64,000 bases of DNA. Source: Chloroflexota bacterium. GTDB lineage: Bacteria; Chloroflexota; UBA11872; VXOZ01. The translations under genes were made by a program, and so were the position numbers. The notes under the pieces are model-generated. The model worked only from the letters and a program-made list of their open reading frames with translations, was not told the DNA's origin and searched no databases. The stretch lies in NCBI GenBank assembly GCA_963663275.1, contig OY760183.1, positions 2,688,001 through 2,752,000 of the forward strand. The letters run 5' to 3'. This document shows positions 36,252 to 44,774 of this stretch, piece by piece (position 1 is the stretch's first letter; the number at the start of each line of letters is the position of its first letter).

Positions 36252-38066
36252 CTATTCCGCGCCGTCGGCCGTAAGCGTGAACGCCACGGCGCGCACGGCC
36301 AGCGGCACCACGTTGCGCACGTGCAGCGTGCGCGCGTCCAGCACGAGAATAGCGCCCGCGTGCGGCGCTAGGGCGTAGAGAATGTTGCGGCCCGGATCGA
36401 GCGCCAACTGCGTAATGCCTCCCCCCTGCCACAACTCGCGCTCCACGCTGCCGTCGGACGTATTGATCATCGTCAACGCCGCCGGCTCTCTGATTTGGCC
36501 AGCCTCATCTGCCGCCGCCTCTTCACCCGCGGCATCCCCACCCGAACTGCCTCCGCTCGAGGAGGTATTGCTCGAGGAGCCGTCGCTGGTCAACCGCGAT
36601 CGAAAGCCGGAAACAAAACCGGTGGCGCCAACGTTGCCGCCGGACGATTGCGTCCGGTCGGCGACCGGCTCATCCGGCAGCGGACCGGTCTCGACGCTCA
36701 GGTAGAGGGCGGCGCCGTCGGCGTCCAGGATGCCATGCGCGGCCCGCGCCGCCGGCAGCGCCGCCACCCGCACGGCCTGGCCGGTGTCCAGGTCTACGCG
36801 CCACAGCGCTTCCGTCTCCGGCGTGGTCACGTAGGCCGAAGCGCCGTCAGCGGCAGGCACGACTGCGCCCAGCGCCAGGCCGGCGCCAATCGTGATGGTT
36901 TCCCCCACGCTGCGGGATTCCAGCTCCACCCGCGCCATCTGCGAGCGGTCGATCGACACGGCCAGTATCGCGGTTTCGCCCAGCGGCAGCAGCCTATCCA
37001 CCGCCCACGGCAACGGAACGTCGGCTGCCGATTCGTCACTCTGATCCGTTACCATCAGCGAGGTGGCGGTGGCGGAACCCACCACCGTGTACGGGCCTGC
37101 GATTGCCAGGCTGCTCCAGTCCTGTTCCGGCAGGCCCATGAGCCGGCCCACCTGCTGGGATTGGGCGTCTACGGTCAGCAATCCGTCTTCTTGCAGAATG
37201 TAGAGGGTTTTGCCGTCGGCGGAAAGTCCCAACGCGCGGGGTTCGCCGCCGACGCCGGTGACCGTAGCCGGCCGCAAATCGACGGCGTCGTACGCCAGCA
37301 ACGCGCCGGTATCGGCAACGCCCAGCACCAGAATCGTCTTCGGCTCCGCGGCGGCCTGTTCCGGCGCGGCCTCGTCCTCCTCCTGAACGCGCAGCAGCGA
37401 GAAGAGCACGGAGCCCGTCAGCGCCAGCGCCAGAAGCGCTATGCCGACCTGCATGACGCGGGTGCGCGTCGTGGTGTCGCCGGTACCGAGCGCGGCGGCC
37501 ACGTCGGCGCGGAGGCCCGCGCCGGGGCGGGGCGCGTGGAGTTGGCGCAAAGCGCGCTCGATCGCGGCGCGGTCGGCATCGCCGTCCGGCGGACGGAACT
37601 CCGCGCGCGCCCGCTCCAGCAGTGACTCCACGCGCTCCAGCGATGCACCCATCGCCTCCGCCGTCTGGCTCTGGGGCATGCCCTCCGCCAGGGTCAGCAG
37701 CCAGACCACGCGCAGGCGCGGCGGCAGCGCGACCGCGGCCTGGCGCCAGGGGAGTGTGCGCTCATCGACCTCCACCGGACCGTCCGGGCGGCGCGAGAGC
37801 CATTGCCACCGCCTGGAAGCGAGAAACGTCCGCACCGCCATGCGATAGAACCAGGTATCCAGCACCATGGTGCGGGGCCGTTTGGGGAAGGCCCGATACG
37901 CGCGGCGGAAGGCGGCCACGACCAACGCGCGCGCTTCGTCCTCGTTCCCGGTGAGCCAGAAGCAGAAGCGGTACAGCATCGGGCCGAACTGATCGTAGAG
38001 CCCGAGGAATGCGTCCCGGTCGCCGCTTTCGGCCGCCGCGAGAATTCGTCCCCGGTTGACAAGCAT
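36252..38066 (-). CDS. ECF-type sigma factor fused to a TM helix and a C-terminal beta-propeller (YncE/YVTN-like)
   Basis: Sigma region 2 GDRDAFLGLYDQF...TWFYRMA and region 4 LPPRLRVVWLL...TAEAMG...LERAR. TM VGIALLALALTGSVLFSLL. Propeller repeats GGEPRALGLSADGKTLYI and ADGASAYVT. Confidence 0.8.
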   Translation of the reverse strand: MLVNRGRILAAAESGDRDAFLGLYDQFGPMLYRFCFWLTGNEDEARALVVAAFRRAYRAFPKRPRTMVLDTWFYRMAVRTFLASRRWQWLSRRPDGPVEVDERTLPWRQAAVALPPRLRVVWLLTLAEGMPQSQTAEAMGASLERVESLLERARAEFRPPDGDADRAAIERALRQLHAPRPGAGLRADVAAALGTGDTTTRTRVMQVGIALLALALTGSVLFSLLRVQEEDEAAPEQAAAEPKTILVLGVADTGALLAYDAVDLRPATVTGVGGEPRALGLSADGKTLYILQEDGLLTVDAQSQQVGRLMGLPEQDWSSLAIAGPYTVVGSATATSLMVTDQSDESAADVPLPWAVDRLLPLGETAILAVSIDRSQMARVELESRSVGETITIGAGLALGAVVPAADGASAYVTTPETEALWRVDLDTGQAVRVAALPAARAAHGILDADGAALYLSVETGPLPDEPVADRTQSSGGNVGATGFVSGFRSRLTSDGSSSNTSSSGGSSGGDAAGEEAAADEAGQIREPAALTMINTSDGSVERELWQGGGITQLALDPGRNILYALAPHAGAILVLDARTLHVRNVVPLAVRAVAFTLTADGAE

Positions 38067-38423
38067 CGCCGCCCTCGGTCCGTTTCACGCTGCGCAATTG
38101 CCTGACTGCATGGTAGCACACAGGGCGCGCCGCCTTGCCGCTCTGCGCGCAAAGTCCGCGCATGGGCAGCGTCCGAGCGGCGCGGCGCCGCAATTGCGCG
38201 AACCACGCGAAAGATGTACCGTACACGTAATCGGAGACACGTTCGCCAACGTCTTCAAGAGCCCTCTATCCGTTCATTTGAGAGGCAATCGGGACGCGCG
38301 ATTCCCGCTTACGCGCCGCTGCCCGGGGGTTTGTCCTCCGTAACATGGCGCGCCAGGCAAGCATTATCATAAGCGCGCGGCACGACTAACCGCGCGCCGT
38401 TCCCGCACAATCGAGGATTCCCT

Positions 38424-39743
38424 GTGGCATCGACAAGAAGGTCGTTGGTTTCCCATCCCAGCTTGCGCGTCGCCTTCAGGATGTTCGAGTCGGTGCGGAT
38501 TCCCGCCTTCCGCGACCTGTGGATCGGCATGCTCGCCTCGTACGTGGGCATGTACATGGGAATGGTCTCGCGCGGGTACCTGGCCTATGAGCTAACCGGA
38601 TCGGCGACGGTGCTCGGAGTCGTCACCGTCGCGTCGGGAGTGCCCATGCTGCTCCTCTCTCCGCTGGGGGGCGTTCTGGCGGACGTGATGAACCGCCGCT
38701 TCATCCTGATTCACAGCCAGACCTTCATGGTGGTTTCGTCCCTGCTCCTTGCCGCCCTCATTCATCTAGACCTAATCGCCATTTGGCACCTTGTCTTCTT
38801 CGGCTTTCTGCAAGGCGTCCTCTTCACCGTCAACATGCCCGCGCGCTCTTCCGCCCTGCCGCACCTGGTGGGCAGGCCCATGCTGCCCAGCGCAATCGGA
38901 CTGACCAACTCGGGACGCAACCTGATGTCGGTGATTGCCCCGGCCATTGCCGGCACCGTGATCGCGATTCCCTGGCTGGGCACGGCCGGCGCTTTCGACA
39001 TTGCCGCGTTTTGCTACGTGCTCGCAACGTTGCTGATGCTGCGCCTGCCTAAGAGCCTGGCGGACGGGCGCAAGCCGACCGAGGTTGCGCTTGCCCGGCA
39101 GATGATCGATGGCTTCAGTTACATGTTCACGCGCCGCGACCTGCTCGTGCTGCTCGTGCTGGGACTCGTCCCCATTCTCTTCGGTATGCACGTGCACTCC
39201 TTCATGCCGGTGTTCCAAGCGGACGTGCTTGGCGTTGGGGCGGTAGAGTTGGGCCTGCTGCTCTCGGCGCTGGGGGTCGGCGGCACCTTCGGCTCGCTCG
39301 TCATCGCGCCGCTGGCCGAGAGCAAGCACAGCCACGTCATGCAGCTTGCCGCGGGCATCTTCTTCGGCCTGACCCTCATCGCGTTTGCCAGTAGCACGTC
39401 GTTCACCTTCAGCTTGATTACGGCCGGGTGGGTCGGCTTCGCGGGGAATGCCTCCACGGGCCTCAACAGCGCCTTGCTGATGCTGCGGGCGGAGGAGGCG
39501 TACTATGGGCGCGTGATGAGCATCTACATGATGAACTGGTCGCTCATGACGCTCTTCACGCTGCCCCTGGGCATGCTGGTGGACCGCTGGGGCGCGCCGC
39601 TGGTGGTAAGCGTCACCGGAATGGGCATTGTGCTCTTCATGGCCGCCGCGTTCTTCCTCTTCCGCGACGTCCGCGAAGACCGGCCCCACAGCGAGGAGTT
39701 AAGCGTCGAAACCGGCCCCGCAGCCGTTGAGAAGAGCGTCTAG
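38424..39743 (+). CDS. MFS transporter (MFS_3/DUF894-like; start may be 38481)
   Basis: About 12 TM segments; GGVLADVMNRR, PARSS and GRVMSIY motifs. Confidence 0.9.
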   Translation: MASTRRSLVSHPSLRVAFRMFESVRIPAFRDLWIGMLASYVGMYMGMVSRGYLAYELTGSATVLGVVTVASGVPMLLLSPLGGVLADVMNRRFILIHSQTFMVVSSLLLAALIHLDLIAIWHLVFFGFLQGVLFTVNMPARSSALPHLVGRPMLPSAIGLTNSGRNLMSVIAPAIAGTVIAIPWLGTAGAFDIAAFCYVLATLLMLRLPKSLADGRKPTEVALARQMIDGFSYMFTRRDLLVLLVLGLVPILFGMHVHSFMPVFQADVLGVGAVELGLLLSALGVGGTFGSLVIAPLAESKHSHVMQLAAGIFFGLTLIAFASSTSFTFSLITAGWVGFAGNASTGLNSALLMLRAEEAYYGRVMSIYMMNWSLMTLFTLPLGMLVDRWGAPLVVSVTGMGIVLFMAAAFFLFRDVREDRPHSEELSVETGPAAVEKSV

Positions 39744-39803
39744 TGGCATCCCCCAATGGCCTCGGCAGGCAGAAACGTCCCGCCTTGATCCCCTCTCCCG
39801 AAG

Positions 39804-39944
39804 GAGACCTTTGCGTTACCCCTTCCCCATTGAGGGGGAAGGCCGGGATGGGGGTGAAAAGGCTTGACGGCAAGCAATCCAATAGGGTAAAGGCGCCTCT
39901 GGATTCCGGTCTTCACCGGAATGACAGAGTTATGCAAAGGTCTC
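39804..39944. mobile_element. MITE type C (141 bp) carrying family F and family E hairpins, inserted in a family F REP
   Basis: TIR GAGACCTTTGCGTTAC / GTTATGCAAAGGTCTC (14/16). CGAAG duplicated at 39799-39803 and 39945-39949. Confidence 0.8.
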
Positions 39945-39951
39945 CGAAGGG

Positions 39952-40127
39952 CTGACAGGGGTATGTACTCCACAATCGACGCCAAGTGTCATTCCGAGCG
40001 GAGCGAGGAATCTAGTAGAGGTGTTCTTGCAGGGCAATGCCTTAGATTCCGCGCTCTTAGCGACTCTCCGCTGCGCTCCGTTCGGAATGACACGTCGAGC
40101 CAATTCAAGATTGCCTACCCCTGACAG
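39952..40127. mobile_element. MITE type B, second copy (176 bp), carrying a family A REP doublet
   Basis: Left end CTGACAGGGGTATGTA, right end TACCCCTGACAG; TSD degraded; homologous to 22945-23105. Confidence 0.75.
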
Positions 40128-40244
40128 ATCCCAGAGGGAGAAGGAGAGGGATTGGGTGAGGGTGAATCAGAGAATCAGAGCAACTCGGTAAGTAACGAGG
40201 GCGTTCCCTTGCGGGCGCGTGGAAAGCGGGGCAAGGATTAGTCT

Positions 40245-41006
40245 ATGAGCGCATCACGAGACAAGATCGTCGCCTTCCTGGATGAATACCTCGACGTGCG
40301 CGGCATTCGCGACTACGGCCCCATGGGGATGCAAGTAATCGGCAAAGCGGAGGTGAGCCGCGTCGCCGTGGCGGTGAGCGCCTCGCGGGCCTGCTTTGAA
40401 CAAGCGGCGGCGCAAGCGGCGGACATGCTAATCGTTCATCACGGTCTCTTCTGGGACAACGAGAGCCGCGTGATCGGCACGGTGATGCGGGGACGCCTCG
40501 AAACGTTGTTTCAGCATGACGTGAGTCTGCTGGGCTACCATCTCTGCCTCGACAAGCACCCGGAGATCGGCAACAACGCGCTCGGCTTGCGCGCCTTGGG
40601 CGCTACGCCGGTGGAGCGCGACGCGCCCCTCGGCGCGGTAGGGTACGTCGGCGCGTTTTCCAAACCGCTGCCTTGGGACGACCTCGCGACCCGCGTGCGC
40701 AATGTCTTTGGCGGCGAACCGTTCTTCTTTCCAACCGGACCGGCGGAGACGACGCGCCTGGGCCTGATTACCGGCGGCGCGGGCTCTCCCGCCTACGTCA
40801 CGGAGGCGGTGGAACGCGGCTGCGACACCTATCTCACCGGCGACCTCAGCGAGCCCGCGCCCGCCGTGGCCGCCGAATTGGGCATCAACCTCATCGGCGC
40901 CGGTCACTACAACACCGAGAAACTCGGCGTGCAGGCCGTTGGCGGCCTGCTGGAGAGGCGATTTGGGGTGAGCGCCGTTTTCATCGACGTGCCTAATCCG
41001 CTGTAG
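40245..41006 (+). CDS. Nif3-like dinuclear metal-centre protein (YbgI family)
   Basis: DYGPMGMQV, IVHHGLFW, YHLCLDKHPEIGNN, AGHYNTEKLG and DVPNP motifs. Confidence 0.93.
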   Translation: MSASRDKIVAFLDEYLDVRGIRDYGPMGMQVIGKAEVSRVAVAVSASRACFEQAAAQAADMLIVHHGLFWDNESRVIGTVMRGRLETLFQHDVSLLGYHLCLDKHPEIGNNALGLRALGATPVERDAPLGAVGYVGAFSKPLPWDDLATRVRNVFGGEPFFFPTGPAETTRLGLITGGAGSPAYVTEAVERGCDTYLTGDLSEPAPAVAAELGINLIGAGHYNTEKLGVQAVGGLLERRFGVSAVFIDVPNPL

Positions 41007-41028
41007 CGCCGCGGGCGCCCACAAGGGG

Positions 41029-41190
41029 CAATGCTGTCGCATTAACGTAGCGTGGGGGCTTGTCCCCCGCCGGTATGGGAAGAATGAGAAAGAAATGGAT
41101 TGACCATACGGAAGACGCAGGTTACAAACCTGCGCTACCGGAGAAATGAGCGTAGTTTTCACTCTCATTGCGTTTAGTGCGACAACATTA
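41029..41190 (+). mobile_element. MITE type A, third copy (162 bp), inserted in a different GTAG-type REP
   Basis: TIR CAATGCTGTCGCATTAA / TTAGTGCGACAACATTA. 11-bp TSD CCCACAAGGGG at 41018-41028 and 41191-41201. The reconstructed empty site is the hairpin GGGCGCCCACAAGGGGCGCCCCTAC. Confidence 0.88.
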
Positions 41191-41330
41191 CCCACAAGGG
41201 GCGCCCCTACCGGATTCCGGCGCCGGTCCGTAGCGGGATAGTACGCCGCACCTTTTAGGCGCCTTGTCAATATATGTGAAGAGACCGAGTTGCCGGTTTG
41301 CGGATCATGCGAATCGGCCGCGGCCCGATG

Positions 41331-42446
41331 CTACGAGGGATTTGCCCGCTCGGAGTGTGAGCGCGCGTGGAGAAGCTGCCGCGCCGCGCGCCAAACCGCT
41401 TCTATCTCACTCTCGCTTGGCGCGCCGCGCCGGTCGGGGTCGAAACGCGCGACGGCGCTTGCCACGCCATATGGTCCATACCGCTCCGGGGAGGTAGGCC
41501 CGAACAGGGCAACGACCGGCGTGCCCACGGCCGCGGCCAAGTGCATAGGCGCCGAATCGTTGCCAATGAAGAGGCTACAGCGCCGCAAGAGCGCGCCAAG
41601 CTGGGCGAACGTCAGCCTGCCGGCCAGGTCCGCCAAGGGCGCGCTCGTTCCACTTTGCACCGCTTCACTGGCAGGCGCGTCGTCAGGCCCGCCAACAAGC
41701 ACTATTCCCGCGCCGGCGTCACCCACCAGACGCTCCGCAAGCGCGGCAAAGCCTTCGCTCGACCATCGTTTGCTAGTGCGCTCCGCGCCGGGGTTGCGGC
41801 CGCCGCCGGCGTGCACCGCCACCAGCGGCTGTTTGTTCGCCAGACCTTTGTCCGCGAGCAAGTTGCCCACTGCCAATTCAGCGGAGGCCTCAGGTTGAAA
41901 GTGCAGGCGCGGCGCTGAAGCCTCGTAGCCAACGGCCCGCAGCACGTCCAGATAAAGCTCCACCTCATGGCGCTCCACGGGGCAGGGCACGCCCACTTGC
42001 AGCGCGACGCCGCGCCCGGCGCTGTTCAGGCCCGCGCGCCAGGGAATGCCGGCCAGGCGCGGCAGCAGCGCCATCAGCGGCGAGCGATCGAGCACGAAGC
42101 AGTGGGTAAACTCCTCTTGCCGCACGCGGGAAACGCACGACCGGTACGCGCCCACGCCGTAACGTCCGGGAAAGCCCACGCTATCGGAGTCAAGCAGGCG
42201 ATCGCAATGAGGATTGCCCGCCAGCGCCTCCTTGGCCCAGGTCGTCACCAGCACGGTGATTTCGGCATCCGGCAGATTGGCGCGCAATGCGGCAAGAAAG
42301 GCCGTGCTCATCAGCACGTCGCCCAAGCTGGCGGGCTTGATCACCAGCACGCGCGGCCGCTCAGTCTCATGAGGCGGCGGCGCGGGTGGTGTGCGCAGCA
42401 GGGGATGCAAGCAGCGAGAGACCAGTTCGATCGGTAACGACTTCAT
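41331..42446 (-). CDS. Glycosyltransferase family 9 (heptosyltransferase-like)
   Basis: SLGDVL, HEVE, KRW and GNDSAPMHLAAAVGTPVVALFGPT motifs. Confidence 0.92.
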   Translation of the reverse strand: MKSLPIELVSRCLHPLLRTPPAPPPHETERPRVLVIKPASLGDVLMSTAFLAALRANLPDAEITVLVTTWAKEALAGNPHCDRLLDSDSVGFPGRYGVGAYRSCVSRVRQEEFTHCFVLDRSPLMALLPRLAGIPWRAGLNSAGRGVALQVGVPCPVERHEVELYLDVLRAVGYEASAPRLHFQPEASAELAVGNLLADKGLANKQPLVAVHAGGGRNPGAERTSKRWSSEGFAALAERLVGDAGAGIVLVGGPDDAPASEAVQSGTSAPLADLAGRLTFAQLGALLRRCSLFIGNDSAPMHLAAAVGTPVVALFGPTSPERYGPYGVASAVARFDPDRRGAPSESEIEAVWRAARQLLHARSHSERANPS

Positions 42447-42587
42447 GCGGAAGCGCCTCTCGTCGAATGCTTTGCGCAAGCGGCGGCACGGCAACATCCT
42501 CATCCTAGTCAAGCCGACGCGCAGCGTCCATCGAGCGCCGCCCGCCGTGGTTGCGCCGCGCCGCCGCAAGCCAGTAGCATATCGCAT

Positions 42588-43856
42588 ATGCAGTCCACGC
42601 AACACCCCCACCGCTGGCGGACGACCGTTCGGATTCTCTGGGTCACGCAATTTGCCATCATGGCGGCGTTTAGCTCCAGCCTGACGTTCATCCCGCTCTA
42701 CATCCTCGAACTCGGCATCCCCGATCCGCGTCAGGCGGCGCTGTGGGCGGGAATCGTGGCCGGCGGCGCGGGCCTGAGCATGGCCGTCTTTTCACCGATT
42801 TGGGGCGCTCTTGCCGACCGTTTCGGCAAGAAGCTCATGCTGGAGCGCGCCCTCGTGGGGGCAACGGTCACGCTGTTGCTCATGGGCTTTGCCCAGTCCG
42901 CGCCGCAACTGCTCCTGCTGCGCGTCGTCCAAGGCGCGCTCAGCGGCACCACCACCGCCGTCAGCGCGCTCGTCGCTTCCATTACGCCCCGGGAGCATCT
43001 GGGGCGCGTGTTGGGCACGATGCAAATGTCCATCTTTGCGGGCTCGACCATCGGCCCCTTCGTTGGCGGCGTGCTTGCCGACACCTTGGGCTTCCGCGCG
43101 GCGTTCCTCACCACGAGCGCGATCTGCTTCTGTGCCGGTATTGCGGTCTTCGCGCTGGTTCACGAACCTCGCGGCGAGAAGCAACCGCTCCCGGCCCTGC
43201 GGCTGCCGCAATGGCGCAACCCGCTCGCGAACAGCGCGCTTAGCACCGTTCTGATGCTCGCGCCGGCGATCTTCGTGGTGCAATTCGCCGCGATGGCGGC
43301 GCGGCCGGTCTTTCCGCTCTTCGTTGCCGAAATCGCCGCCAGCGAGTTCCAGGCGACGTTCGGCGGCGTAACCCTGGAAGACTTCGTGGCGACGATTGCC
43401 GGGCTGCTCATCGCCACCACCGGCGTCGTGGCAACGCTCTGCTCGCTGGTAACGGGCCGCTTCATCGACTCCCAGCGCGCCCGCCTGCTCTTGATCGCGG
43501 CGGTGCTGGGCAGCGTGCTGGCAAACGCCGGGCACGCCATCGTCACGTCTCTTGTGCAGCTCTGGCTCATGCGCGTCGTGATGGGCGCGTTCAACGGCGT
43601 GTGGGCGCCGACGTACAGCGCGACCGTGGGCCTCAGCGTGCCGGCCGAGCGCCGGGGCCTGGCCTTCGGCATTGCCTCCAGCGCCTCCTCCCTGGGCAAC
43701 GCCGTGGGGCCGGTGGTCGGCGGCTACATTGGCGCGGTTCTCGGAATCCGCGCCGTCTTCGTCGCCGCGGCCGGCGCGCTCCTGCTGGCCGCGCTCTGGC
43801 TCGTGCTGCGGGTCAAGCCGCCCGCGCCGGAGGAACCGGAAGAACCGGAAGACTGA
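42588..43856 (+). CDS. MFS transporter (MdtG/DHA1-like)
   Basis: SPIWGALADRFGKKLML, LLLLRVVQG and GPFVGG motifs. Confidence 0.9.
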   Translation: MQSTQHPHRWRTTVRILWVTQFAIMAAFSSSLTFIPLYILELGIPDPRQAALWAGIVAGGAGLSMAVFSPIWGALADRFGKKLMLERALVGATVTLLLMGFAQSAPQLLLLRVVQGALSGTTTAVSALVASITPREHLGRVLGTMQMSIFAGSTIGPFVGGVLADTLGFRAAFLTTSAICFCAGIAVFALVHEPRGEKQPLPALRLPQWRNPLANSALSTVLMLAPAIFVVQFAAMAARPVFPLFVAEIAASEFQATFGGVTLEDFVATIAGLLIATTGVVATLCSLVTGRFIDSQRARLLLIAAVLGSVLANAGHAIVTSLVQLWLMRVVMGAFNGVWAPTYSATVGLSVPAERRGLAFGIASSASSLGNAVGPVVGGYIGAVLGIRAVFVAAAGALLLAALWLVLRVKPPAPEEPEEPED

Positions 43857-43939
43857 CCAACCAACACTGGCCCCCGCCGGCTTCTTTTCAAACCAGATTT
43901 GCGGCGGACTTGACGTCTCCAATACCTTCGACCAGGCGT

Positions 43940-44575
43940 CTACCGCTCAACGCCTCGCGAGCGCGCCCTTTCTCGCGCCGCCGCCAGTTCTGCCGGCGTG
44001 TTGATGTTGCTGAACGACGCCAAATCGGGATCGAACCGGCGCACTTCAACCGGAGAGACCTCCCGCACGCGCAGCCGCTGCATGAGCCGTCCCAGCCTGA
44101 GTTCGCCGGCCTCCAGCATTTCGCTCGCCGCAGGCAGGCAGCGCCGGTGGTAGACCGTGTGCAGGGTCTCCGGTTCATGCCGCACCAACGGCGCAACGGC
44201 GTCCCACTCATCGGTCGCGCGGTCGATGAGCGCGCGCAGCAGTCGTTCATTCAGAAACGGCATGTCGCACGCCACCGCCAGCGCCAGCGGCGTTGCCGCC
44301 GCCCGCAGGCCGCTCACCAGACCGGTCAGGCTGGATTGCGCCGCCGCCACGTCCGGCACGACGGTGAAACCGGCAAGGTCGGTGCGATTGCCTACAACCA
44401 AGACCGCGTCGCAGAGCGGCGCCAAGACCGCGCAGACGTGATGCAGCAAAGTGGTGTGGCTGTTCTCGTCCGGCCAAGGCAGACGCGCCTTGTCTCGACC
44501 GAGCCGCTTGCCCTTGCCTCCGGCCAGAATCAGACCGGTGACCGCGCGCCCCTTGCCGGCGCGAGACGAATCCAC
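43940..44575 (-). CDS. mobA: Molybdenum cofactor guanylyltransferase
   Basis: LILAGGKGKRLGRDKA, VACDMPF and FSNINTP motifs; divergent from the fdh cluster. Confidence 0.92.
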   Translation of the reverse strand: MDSSRAGKGRAVTGLILAGGKGKRLGRDKARLPWPDENSHTTLLHHVCAVLAPLCDAVLVVGNRTDLAGFTVVPDVAAAQSSLTGLVSGLRAAATPLALAVACDMPFLNERLLRALIDRATDEWDAVAPLVRHEPETLHTVYHRRCLPAASEMLEAGELRLGRLMQRLRVREVSPVEVRRFDPDLASFSNINTPAELAAARERARSRGVER

Positions 44576-44717
44576 GTTGCTCTCCTCCTTTCCACCCGGT
44601 TCATGCTCCGGTTCCTGGAAAAGCGGGCCCGCCGCGAGACGAGCGCACCACCGTTACCAAAGAGAATCCCAGCCCCTTCTTAAAGCCATGCTCAAACAAT
44701 GCACGCGCATTCGTTCC

Positions 44718-44726
44718 TGCTATACT
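44718..44726 (+). promoter_or_regulatory. Extended -10 promoter element upstream of the fdh operon
   Basis: TGcTATACT about 50 bp before the ATG. Confidence 0.5.
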
Positions 44727-44774
44727 AGTGGCACTGTGCCGGTAAGGAAAGCCGCAGCAAGAGGGTGACAGGAC

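Noticed and set aside
44580-44774. Moco or tungsten riboswitch between mobA and fdh
   Set aside because: The predicted leader is only about 40 nt and I could not identify the conserved structure.
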